This document shows positions 1 through 11,466 of a stretch of 64,000 nucleotides of DNA, in pieces. The notes below the pieces were generated by a model. The model was not told the origin of the DNA and did not search any database. It was given only the letters and a program-made list of their open reading frames with translations. The DNA is from Octopus sinensis (Eukaryota), in the NCBI RefSeq assembly GCF_006345805.1, contig NC_043007.1, positions 64,480,001-64,544,000 of the forward strand, given 5' to 3'. Every line of letters begins with the position of its first letter. Within the stretch, counting starts at the first letter, position 1. The position numbers and the translations under genes were made by a program.

Positions 1-190
1 TGGGATGGGCTTCTCAACCTGAAGAAAATTCTAACTGAGCCCCACCTGCAAGGTCATGAGTTGCTTATATGGTTGTGATGCATGTGCCTGGTGTACCTTT
101 ATCAGACGGGCAGTCATGATGGGTATATTGGGCTTCGTATGATTGTACTCCAGTGTCACTTTGATGGCATGCACCTACCCTCTCACTCAG
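1..190 (+). mobile_element. 3' part of unclassified (AAT)n-flanked interspersed repeat (family X)
   Basis: Closely similar to 9126-9339 and followed by (AAT)n at 191-227. Confidence 0.85.
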
Positions 191-227
191 TAATAATAAT
201 AATGATAATAATAATAATAATAATAAT

Positions 228-299
228 CCTTTCTACTATAGGCACAAGGCCTGAAATTTGAGGTAGGGGGATAGTTGATTACATCAACCCCAGTGCAAA

Positions 300-305
<6 letters not shown>
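228..305 (-). mobile_element. 3' fragment of tRNA-derived SINE with (ATT)n tail
   Basis: Matches the 3' halves of copies at 11215-11396 and 28370-28550 (ggcctgaaattt...gattacatcgacccca). Confidence 0.7.
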
Positions 306-329
<24 letters not shown>

Positions 330-330
<1 letters not shown>

Positions 331-2427
331 TATCAACATGAAAGGGAAAAAGGGAAATCAAAAGGGAAGAAAAATATCAGGAACTGGAACATAGATATAG
401 GAGAAAGAAAAAAGGGCTAAATGTAGTTCTTGAAAAGTTGAAACAAAGGCTAGAGCGACAAAGATTAAGAGATATGGCCAAAGAATTAAACAATATAAAA
501 TCAACAGATTGTTCCAACAAGACTAGAAAAGAATTTATCAATGGCTGTATTGAAAGGTTAACAGGAGTGAGAGACCAGATGCTGAAGACAGTAGAAGGTT
601 TTGGAGTAACATCTGGGATAATAGAAGAAAGCATAACAAAGATGCTAAATGGTTGAAGGAATTAAGATTGGAAAAATATGAAGTGAAACAGAGCAATATT
701 AGAACAATGACTGAAATGGTAACCAAACAGACAACAAAGTTGCCAAACTGGAAATACCCAGGCCCAGATGGGGTACAAGGATATTGGGTAAAACATTTCC
801 CAGCATTACACAGAATAGCCACACAAATGGATAAAATGATCAACAACAGGGTGCAAATCCCAAAGTGGCTGACCCCAGTAAAACAGTTCTTTGTCAAAAG
901 GATTCCAGTAAAGGTAATGCAGTGAATAATTACCAGCCTATCATTTGCTTGCTACTGATGTGGAAGCTAATGACAGGAATAATATCTAATTATGTATATA
1001 ACTTCCTGGAAATGAATGACAAACTGCTAGTGGAACCGAAGGGATGCAGAGGGAAAAGCCAAGGGACAAAAGACCAACTTCTGACAGACAAAATAGTACT
1101 GGACGACTGCAAGAAAAGACTTACTAATCTGGGCATAGCATAGATCGATTATAAGAAAGTGTATGACATGGTCCTCCATTCCTGGATTTTAGAAAGTCTT
1201 GAGCTGGTACAGGTGTCTGATAACATATCAAATTTTGTTAGGAGATCAATGGAAAACTGGAATACAGAGTTAACTTCATATTGAAAAATTTTGGCAAAGG
1301 ATAACATCAAGAAAGGCATATTTCAAGGAAATAGCCTATCACCATTGCTGTTTGTGATTTGTAAGATACCCCTTACATAGATACTACAGAAAGTGACATT
1401 AGGGTACATCTTGAAAAGTGGAGGAAAATTAAATCATCTGTTATATATGGATGACTTAAAGATCTTTGGGAAGACTGAACATGAAATAAATGACCTAGTT
1501 TTAACAGTGCAAATATTCAGTAAGGATAATGGAATGGAATCTGGGATTAAAGAGTGTGGTATGCTTATAATACAAAGAGGTAAAGTAGTGTCATCTGACA
1601 GAGTAGAGCTACCCAATGGTGAGAAAATCAAGCATATTGAGACTAATGGATATAAATATCTGGGAATTTTAGAATATGACAAAATCAAGGAAGGTGAAAT
1701 GAAGGAAAACTTTAGATGAGAATATCTCAGAAGAACCAAATTAATAATGGGAAGTAAGCTCAATGGAAAAAACAAGATCAGGGCAAGGAACACACTGGCT
1801 GTTTCCTTAATGTGACATGGCGCAGGTGTCGTTGGGTGGACAAAGAATGAGCTTGAAGAAATGGATAGGAAAAACCTGAAAAGTAATGACAATTAACAAG
1901 GAACTACACCCCCAAAATGATACTGACAGGCTGTATGTGCCTACGAACAGAGGAGAAAGATGCAAGATCTGTGTAGTCAACAAGAAGAACTGTGGGGGAT
2001 GGTACATCAAACAACAGAGTGAATCCCTGCTTCCCACTGTTAGAATTAACAATACAATATCTTCTGAAAATATGATGCACCAACAAAAATTTAAGAAACA
2101 AGATGAAGAAGAAAGAGTAAACAACTGGAAAATGAAATCACTGCATGGGCAATACCTCAGAGAAATCAATGGAAAAGACATATTCAACACTTGGAGATGG
2201 CTAAGCAAATGTGATCTAAAAAGAGGCAGTGTGCAAGAACAAGCACTGAGAACTAATTGTATCAATTATTTACATTATTTAGATTTGACGGATATTTGTC
2301 TTCATCTTGTTTGTTGTTAACGCAATGCTTTGGCTGATATACCCTCCAGCCTTTATCAAGTGTCTTGGGGAAATTTCAAACCTGGGTTCTCATTCCTAAG
2401 GTGCTTATCGATGTTGTTGTTGTTATT

Positions 2428-2458
<31 letters not shown>

Positions 2459-3902
2459 TTATTATTATTCAGGTCACCACTTGAAATCGAAGTCGGAATC
2501 TTGGGGTTAGAGGCTGCACTCTTAACCACTATGCCATATGCCCGTGGGCAATTATGGAGTGAATTTTAGGGCTTATAGATCTAATATTTTACTATCTTTC
2601 CTTAATACTGGTTCCCATATGCTACTCATATCTGCAGTCAGTCTGCTTAGGAGGTTGTTGTGTCCTAGCAAATGTGCTGTTTCTTTTAGTTTTTGTATTT
2701 TCCAGCGGTGTCTATTATTTTAACCTCATCCCACAGGAGGAGGTGGTCTCCATTTTTCCATACATGATCAGCTATACCCAATTTATCACAGATTTGCGAT
2801 GTTCATCTAGCATTATTTTGAGGGGATGGCATGTTTCGCCTTTGTATAACCTGCCACAGCTGCATGGGATGGAGCACATGCAGTCTTTGGTCATATTCTC
2901 TTCTATTGGTGGTTTTACTCAAAGGAGATATTTGTGAAGTGTTGTATTACTCTTGAATACTGTCTTGATGTCATATGAGCTGCATATCCTTTGCATCTTT
3001 TCAGAGGCCTTTCACATAGGGTAGACAATCCTGATGAAGGCTTGAGGTAATATCACCCAAAACGTTATGTTAACAACAAACAAGATGAGGACAAATATCT
3101 GTCAAATGGAAATAATGTAAATAATGTACATAATTCTTCATCTCTTAAATATAGAACTGTAATTGCATCAAGTTCCAAATAGATAAGAGTAGTGAATAGC
3201 TCCCTTCTAGGATGTTTGGCAGCAGAAATGTGAGCGAGTGTAGCAAGCTGACCCAAAAGCACTACGAAAGGAGGCATGATAACATGGCTAAGTTTGTCCA
3301 CTGGAGACTATGTGAAAAGTACGGCCTGAGCAGAGCATGGAAATGGTACAAACACGAACCAGAAGGTGTCACTGAGAATAAAGAATATAACACACTGTGG
3401 GATTTTACAATCCAATGTGACTCCCTAATAGATGCTTGGAGACCAGATATTGTTGTGATGGATAAAGGAAAAAAGCATACCAAAATTAAAGATATTGCAA
3501 TACCTGGGGATGTGCACATAAAGGATAAAGAACTAGAAAAGATTGAAAAACACAGACTACTAAAAGATGAAATTACAAGTATGTGGACTATAAGGAGAGT
3601 GTCTGTCATTCCAGCAGTTGTAGGGGCAATTGGAGTACTAACAACCAAGTTCAAGAAATATGCCAGAGAAATTGGAATTGACAAGCCCCAAAAACTGCTC
3701 TGCTGGGACAGCTAGGATTTTGAGATTGGTACTTGGGTGTTGAATGTCTTCCACAATAATTAACAACCAATTATCAAAGAGTATAATGTGCGGAAAGAGA
3801 CCCTGTGAGATCTCTGATGGCAGACAGCTGTCTGCTTTCACAGAATCTACCAGAACAAACAAGAATCAACGTTCCAAAAAGTAAAACAATAATAATGATA
3901 AT
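330..3902 (+). mobile_element. Decayed 5'-truncated R4/Dong-like non-LTR retrotransposon (LINE A; RT + CCHC + restriction-like endonuclease), interrupted at 2266-3159
   Basis: Frameshifted RT motifs: PGPDG (ORF 653-925), NYQPIICL and KDQL (865-1143), IDYKKVYD, LYMDDLK (1393-1719), QEQALRTN; endonuclease PDIVV..DIAIP (3212-3715); ends in (AAT)n. Confidence 0.9.
2266..3159 (-). mobile_element. Penelope-like element, 5'-truncated, with inverted terminal copy (pLTR), nested in LINE A
   Basis: Minus strand 3027-2573 reads, across frameshifts, CLPYVKGL..SIPCSCGRLYKGETCHPLKIMLDEH..DHVW..LWDEVKII..KLKE (GIY-YIG-type endonuclease). 2266-2360 and 3030-3126 are inverted copies. Flanking duplication taattgtatcaa (2254-2265) / taattgcatcaa (3160-3171). 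Confidence 0.88.
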
Positions 3903-4150
3903 GTCAGAGAAATCAGAATTGACATGAGAGCAGAGCAAGCCCCAAAACTGCTCTGTTGGGGACAGATAGGATTTTGAGATTGGTACTTGGGTGTTGAATG
4001 TCTTCCCTGATAATTAACAACTAATTATCAAAGCTTATAATATGCAGAAAGAGACCCTATGAGACCTCTGACAACAGGCTGCTGTCTGCTCTCACAGAAT
4101 CAATCAGAGACTGAACACTCTGAGAATCGAAACAATAATAATAATGATAA
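3903..4150 (+). mobile_element. Second short 3'-end copy of the LINE A family, in tandem
   Basis: Direct repeat of ~3660-3900 (ccccaaaactgctctg...gagaccct.tgaga) with its own (AAT)n tail. Confidence 0.85.
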
Positions 4151-4360
4151 TCTTTTCTTTTATTGACACAAGGGTAATTGATGAGGGAATATTTCTAAGT
4201 ATTCCATTATTAAAAAAAATAAATTTATTGAAATAAAGACAGTGAATTTTAACAGAAATATGGTATCTAAATGGTGAAACGTAGTATCTTAAAAACAACA
4301 AAGCCTTTAATCATTTACATCATTGACTCTTCCATTTCACTACCCTCATAATAAAATTAA

Positions 4361-5600
4361 TCTTCCTCATCATAATCTTCATTTAACGTCCTTGTTCCAT
4401 GCAAGCATAGGTTAGATGGTTCAAGAGGATCTGATGTGCCAGAGGACTGTGTTGAGCTCCAACAACTGCTTTGAGTATTGTTTCTATGACTGGATACCCT
4501 TCTTAATGCCAGCCACTTAACAGAGTGTACTGAATACTTTTTTTGTGGTACTTACACTAGTAAGGTCACTATGTAACTCACATGACGCCTTGGTTGAGTA
4601 GGGATGCAATATGGAAGGAGAAGGCTTTGTGCCAGGTGTTGAGAAGCTAAAGTATGAGAGGAATAGGAACATATGTCTTGCTGCAGAGAAGATACATGGC
4701 TACTCTGGAAAGGGAAAAAGAATGGTGGGGATGAGGTGTCAGGGTATACCCTTAAGGAAAAAGCATGTAGATGTAAGAGAGAACAGGTCAACAAAATAAT
4801 GAGGGCTGGGTGGGTAGGACTGCAAGAGTGTTAGAGATGGCGATTGAGGTGAATGCAGAAAATGGTGAACATGGTGAGCACAGTATAATAAGACTGTAGA
4901 CAGATGAGAAATATGGAGGTGATGTGAAATGTGGGTAAGAGAGTGGGATGCATAGTGACAGACATGAAGGTCAGAGGTTTGTAAGGATGGATATAATGAG
5001 AGTGACAAATGAAAGTGAAGAGGCCTGTTGGTGTTCAGTGGAAAATAGAGTGGTAAGGGATGACATTGAGAACGTGGGATAGGTAACAAGAAAAGTGATT
5101 CCAAGGAGAGGCAGAACTGGTAGCACAAAAGTGTGTAGTTCTAATCTTATATAATTATAGTGGCTGAGTAAATAGTGCTGTATTAAAAGTATGTTGAAGC
5201 AATGGATGAATTGTGGAGAAAGCTTGACTGGTATAGATTGCGTGCAAGGTTACAGATGTAAATATGTGCTTTTAGGACCTCATTTTTGCTGCAGCAGATG
5301 TATTTTCTTGAGCACAGCAAATCATCAATCATTTCAGATCTTTGTCATCTCCTCCCGTGAGGCTCAACGGCCTGAGGTTAGACTTCACTATTTCATTTCC
5401 ATCTTCCTGGATTTCCCCCTACCATGAGTTTCATCCACATTTAATGGCTGGTACTTCTTAAAGCGGCTGTTCTTATCCATATGCATCACATGACCATGCC
5501 AGCACAGTCTTCTCTCTTGCATACTACATTTGGTAACTTTTATGACCAGTTTTATTCTCAGCACATTTGCACTTTGTCCTATGTGCACACACACTGACAA
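4361..5600 (-). mobile_element. Decayed RTE-clade LINE 3' portion (ORF end, pyrimidine-rich 3' UTR, 3' terminus)
   Basis: ORF 5388-5600 KCSMQERRLCWHGHVMHMD..GRGKSRK is an RTE C-terminus; 3' terminus motif at 4380-4530; same layout as 53526-54907. Confidence 0.7.
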
Positions 5601-5689
5601 TGAATAGCTAGCTAGTAGAACATGATAACTTCATCACTTTCTAGTCATTACATGTCCTCTACATTCATTGCCTCTGTTTCACTACCAAG

Positions 5690-6000
5690 TATCATAGCTT
5701 TTCATATACAAGCATTGTCCATACTACCTTTCACTCTGAGAGAGAGATAGTGATGAGGATGATGGAGTGGGGAGAGAGAAAATTAGGAGGCTGGAGTGTG
5801 TAATAGAAAAAGAAAGGGGAGAGTGCCAAGGAGATGAAAAAGCAGAGAGGATCAGTGCAGGTAAAAGAGCAGGGTTGAAGACAAAAGAAGAGTGCAATGA
5901 GAGCATTTAAGCCACCCATTTTGCTATGCTTGAACAGGTAGAATGCAGGTCTTCTCCCATACAGCATGCTGCCAATTGACAAAGTCTGTTATCTCTCCAT
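5690..6000 (-). mobile_element. Further RTE 3' fragment
   Basis: Minus strand WQHAVWEKT (RTE terminal WRYAVLEKT-like) followed by pyrimidine-rich UTR. Confidence 0.45.
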
Positions 6001-6592
6001 AATCATGAATCATACACAAGTATAATTACTAAAACAAAGTAAGCAGTAGTTTTACATGTTTTCTGAATTTTTAACATTAAAACATTTAATTTGATTTTAA
6101 ATTTTCTAATCAAAATGTACCAGTAATATTTAATTTACTTGATTTCCAGTGTGCCATGAAATCAAAAGAGATTGAGAACCAGCGATTACCACTTGGCTCA
6201 GTAACACAAATAACACTTCATATGAAATGCAATCACCACCTAACCAATAACAAAAACTGTCTAATACAATGTTTACAAAACAATAATATGAAGCACAGTC
6301 ACTACATGATGCAATAACAACACAATTAACACATACAAAATGCAATCACCAACCAATAAAATGAGACAGCTTACGTTGCATATATTCTACACAAATGATT
6401 GACAAAATATTACAGTAACACTATAAAAAAATAAAAGCAAAACGTAAAATACAAATGCAATCCAACACTCCTAGAAAGCAATGTGGCCCACATCTCAGGG
6501 ATACAGAGGAACACCTAGTGATGCCATAGAAGCTTGCCTGGAACTATTGTAAAAATAATAATAATAATGATAATAATAATAATAATAATAAT

Positions 6593-8743
6593 ATTTTCCC
6601 CATTGAACAAAAAGGGTGCCGCCGAGGCTGTTACGGATGCAAAGATCAACTGCTAATCAATCGTATGATCCTTGAGAACTGTCACAACAAGCGCAGAAAT
6701 CTCAGCACCGCATAGATTGACTATAAAAAGGCCTTCGACAGTATACCGCATCCATGGATCTTGAGATCGCTGGACATCTTCAAAATTTCTCCTGTGATTT
6801 CAAACTTCCTGAAGCACAATATGTCGTTGTGGAATACGAATCTCCAATTATACCACTCTAATGGAGTACTTGCCTCAGAAAATATAAACATCAACTGTGG
6901 AATTTTTCAAGGTGACTCACTTTCACCTTTAATATTCTGCATAGCCCTAATACCCCTTACAAGTGAATTAAACAGAACAGGGTATGGGTATAAAATTGCC
7001 AATAAAAAAATAAGCCATCTATTTTATATGGATGACTTAAAACTTTATGGTAAAGACAATAATGAACTTGAAGGCCTATTGTGCACTGTGAAAGCATTCA
7101 GCGATGACATCGGGATGGAGTTTGGACTTGAGAAGTGTGCCAAGGCCACTTTCCAGAAAGGGAAAGTGAAGACCACAAATTCAGTCGTGTTAGATGTTGA
7201 CACAGTCATAAGAGAGCTTGAGCAAGAACAAACATACAAATATTTAGGGATAAATGAAGGCTCTGGTATTCAGCATGCAAGCATGAAAGAGAAGATCAGG
7301 AAGGAATGTTATAGGAGAGTTCGTGCAGTCCTGAAATCTGAACTAAATGCACGTAACAAGGTGTTAGCTATAAATTCCTTAGCAGTTCCAGTTGTTACTT
7401 ATAGCTACAATGTGTTGAACTGGAATATGAGTGAAGTAAAGAATATAGATAGGAAAATACGCAAGCTGCTGAGTTGTAATAGGATGCACCACCCAAAGGC
7501 AGACGTAGATCGCCTTTACCTTCCCAGAGCCCAAGGAGGTCGAGGCCTGATCCAATTTGAACTAGCTTACAAAACAACCACAATTGGACTGGCCAAATAT
7601 CTCGAAATATCGAATGACTGGATGCTAAAGCTCGTGGAAAATCACGAGAGACGAAAGAAGCTTCATTCTATTATAAAGGAAAGCAAAAAATTTGCTATTG
7701 ATCTCGTGCAGGATACCCAAACAGAACAACCCGAGGGAAGTACGGCAATTATTGTTGCAAAGAAGGTGAAAATAATGGCAACGAAAAAAGCGCACGGGCA
7801 ATTGGCTGATAGGTGGGAGGAGAAACCTCTGCACGGCAAATATGTGACCCGCAGCAAACAAGCTGATGTTGACCAGAAGCAAACCCATCAGTGGCTACGG
7901 AGCTCAGGGCTAAAAGCAGAGAGCGAAGGTTTCATCCTGGCTGCTCAAGATCAAAGCCTATTAACCCGGAACTACCAGGCCAATGTGATGAAAAATGGAG
8001 CAGACCCAAAATGCCGATTCTGCAACGACATGATTGAAACAGTGGACCACCTAATCTCTGGATGTAAAGTCTTAGCTCCAGTGGAGTATAAATTAAGACA
8101 TGACAGAGTTGGCCAATGTCTACACTGGCTAATAAGTCGGCATTACAATATCAAAACTGCCGACAAGTGGTATAATCACCACCCTGAGGCTGTAACTGAA
8201 GGAGAAAATGTAACCATTCTGTGGTACTTTCCAGTACATACAGACCGAACCATCAAGGCCAATAAACCAGATATTGTTGTGAAAGACCAAAACAATAAAG
8301 TTTGCTTATTGATCGACATGAGCATCCCCTGTGATCATAATATCTCAGCGAAAGAGTTTGACAAGCTCAGAAAATATAAAGACCTACTCATTGAAATTGA
8401 GAAAATGTGGCATCTCAAGGCGGTTACAATACCAGTGATCGTAGGAGCACTAGGAATGATCAAGAAGGGAACCGAAAATTATATGAGAATGATCCCTGGC
8501 TTACCATCCCTGCAAGAAGTGCAAAAGATTGTCTTAACTGGTACATCACACGTATTGAGAAGAGCATTGTCGATGTGAGAACTGTTGCTGCTCATGTATT
8601 TTAATTTAACTTAAAAAAAAAAATGAACGAACTATTGAGTTTGGTTTAATGGCCTACCAATGTATACTATGAGTTTCTTTGCCCTAGGAGTCGGGAAGAC
8701 ACTCGGCAAGAAATGGAAGCAAATTTGAAAGAAGAAAAAAAAA

Positions 8744-8786
<43 letters not shown>

Positions 8787-8790
8787 TAAT
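6593..8790 (+). mobile_element. Young 5'-truncated R4/Dong-like LINE (LINE B)
   Basis: Starts directly after (AAT)n 6554-6592; frame 6593-8578 is open except one TAG at 6713; 3' UTR then (AAT)n 8745-8790. Confidence 0.93.
6761..8578 (+). pseudogene. LINE B ORF: reverse transcriptase, CCHC knuckle, PD-(D/E)xK restriction-like endonuclease (N-terminally truncated)
   Basis: GIFQGDSLSP, FYMDDLK, AAQDQ, CRFC..DHLISGC, KPDIVVKD..LIDMSIP..KLRKY. Confidence 0.93.
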
Positions 8791-8793
8791 GAT

Positions 8794-9339
8794 GAAGTAC
8801 CAGGCAGTGGCTCTCATGGCTTCTGATCTTAACTGATTGGAAGTGTTATCATGTACATTGTTTTGTCTTGGTATAAAAGATGGGCTACAGCAAATATTCT
8901 GCTCAATACCACAGATTTGCTTGTCAGTTGTTTGACCTTAACCAGTTGAGCATGTCCCTTAGTGGCTGACGATATGTGCATCTCTGATCACGAGCAGAAG
9001 TAGTGGGGGAGCATCATAGCCATGTGTTGAGAGGGATTCTTTGGAGTTTGAATAGTTCACCTCTGGAAACATGGGTGGTTCTTTCAACATCCTTAAACAA
9101 CCCTTATTCAGGGACCGTTTGAGCGGGATGGGCTACTCAACCTGAAGAAAATTCTAACTGGGCCCCACCTGCAAGGTCATGTGCTGTTTATCTTGATATG
9201 AGATCACCATGTCGCGCACATATGGTTGTGATGCATGTGCCTGGTGTACCTTTATCAGACGGGTAGTCATGATGGGTATATTGGGCTTCGTATATTTTAC
9301 CCCAGTGTCACTTTGATGGCATGAACTGCTCTCTCACTC
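8794..9339 (+). mobile_element. Longest copy of unclassified repeat family X (~550 bp), (AAT)n on both sides
   Basis: Homologous pieces at 1-190 and 12214-12468; no long ORF; no clear A/B box at either end. Confidence 0.8.
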
Positions 9340-9383
<44 letters not shown>

Positions 9384-9401
9384 TAAATAATAATAGATAA
9401 T

Positions 9402-11159
9402 AAAATGTTTGATAAAAATATAAATCATCTCATTTACATGGATGATTTAAAGCTCTTTGCAAAAAATGACTACTAGTGATTGTTAAACAATTCAGTGATG
9501 ACATCAGAATGCAATTTGGCCTCGATAAATGTGCAAAAGCTACCTTTATCAAAGGAAAAATGACAGAAACATCTAACGTTAACTTTGACCAGCAGAATGT
9601 CATAAAAGAATTAGACCCAGTGGAGAGCTACAAGTACCTAGGGGTAATTGAAGGGGACGGAATAAGGCATTCAGTGATGAAGGAAAGGATCAGGAGAGAA
9701 TGTTATCGCAGAGTAAGAGCAATACTCAAGACAGAGCTGAATGTGAGAAACAAGATCAAAGCGATCAATGCATTAGCCATACCAGTCGTGACTTACAGTT
9801 TCAATATCATTAACTGGTCAATTACTGAAATATGTAATCTCAACAGAAAAATACGAAAACTGTTGACAATGCATAGAATGCACCACCCTAAGGCAGATAT
9901 AGAACGACTGTATCTGCCAAGAAAAGAAGGAAGCCGTGGACTTTTACAACTGGCAATAACAATGAAGATTGCTACAATTGGCCTAGACACCTACCTGAAA
10001 AAATCTGAGGACTGGATGTTATAACTTGTCTCAAAACATGAAAACAAGAAAGCATCGTACTCAGTAACAAAACAGGCAAAGGAATATCTAAGTGAATTCC
10101 GAATACAACAAATTTCGGAATTAGACATACAAGAAACAAGCACAGAAAAAGCTAAACACATGAAAACCCGTGCTAAAACTGCTGCCTTAGATATTCTGAA
10201 TGATAAATGGCAAGAAAAACTTCTCTATGGCAAATACCCAAAGAGAGCGAATAATGCAGATGTTGACAAAGCCCTGACCCGTCAATGGCTAATGGCCTCT
10301 GGCTTAAAATCTGAAACAGAAGGGTTTATCATAGCAGCTCAAGATCAATGCCTACCAACAAGGAACTACCAGGCCAACATATTAAAGAATGGCAGTAGCC
10401 CAACATATCGTGTATGTCAACAACAAAATGAAACCATTGATCATGTTGTCTCCAAGTGCAGTCTTCTAGCACCTACAGAGTATCTCAACAGGCATGATAG
10501 AGCTGCACAATAAATCCACTGGGTAATCTGCAAAAACCTGGATTTGCCCCATAATATAAACTGGTGGGAACACAATCCACCTCCAGTGCTTGTAAATGAC
10601 CACATCTCACTCCTCTGGAACTTCACCATTCAAACTGACAGAATGATAGATGCAAATAGGTCAGACATCATATTGAAAGACTTCAAACAAAAATCATGCC
10701 TCCTCATTGATACGACTGTCCCAATCGATATAAACGTATCTGTCAAGACCTACCAAAAACTGAGCAAATATAAAGATCTTGAAATAGAAATCATCAAAAT
10801 GTGGAACCTGAAGACTAAAACAATAGCTGTTGTCATAGGTGCCCTAGGAATGCTAGCAAAAGGGGCTGATCGCTACCTAACTCAGATACCAGGAAACCCC
10901 AAAATGGCAGAAATTCAAAAGATAGTGCTCATGGGAACTGCTCATATCCTATGCAAAATACTTTCTATGTAATCTCAAGTTTTAAAACAAACATAATTTT
11001 CATTTTTTTTTTTGACATTCACTAGTACAACACTAAATACAAAACCAAATATATGGCACACTAGGCATAACAACATCACGAACTTCCAATCTGTTGTCTC
11101 TTGAGGTCTCTGGATGAGACTTGGAGCCAACTTGTACAAATATAAAGCAAAAGTCAAAC

Positions 11160-11214
<55 letters not shown>
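9402..11214 (+). mobile_element. 5'-truncated R4/Dong-like LINE (LINE C)
   Basis: Starts at KMFDKNINHLIYMDDLK after (AAT)n; small deletion near 9470, stops at 10022 and 10511; AAQDQ, CQQ..HVVSKC, SDIILKD..IDTTVP; ORF ends 10972; tail (AAT)n 11164-11214. Confidence 0.92.
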
Positions 11215-11396
11215 CCTTTCACGTGGCCTGAAATTTGGAGGAGAGGGATAGTTGATTACATCGACCCCAATACTCAACTGAAAGGATGAAAGGCAAAGAA
11301 GACCTTGGTGGAATTTGAACTGAGAACGTTAAGGTGGATGAAATGCTGTGAAGCATTTTGCCTGGCATGCTAACGATTCTACCTGCTTACCACCTT
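11215..11396 (-). mobile_element. tRNA-derived SINE with a MetaSINE-like central domain
   Basis: Minus strand has gttctcagttcaaattcc (B-box-like), then tttgcctttcatcctttcag, then (ATT)n tail; the Meta-domain label is from recall. Confidence 0.7.
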
Positions 11397-11400
11397 AATG

Positions 11401-11465
<65 letters not shown>

Positions 11466-11466
<1 letters not shown>

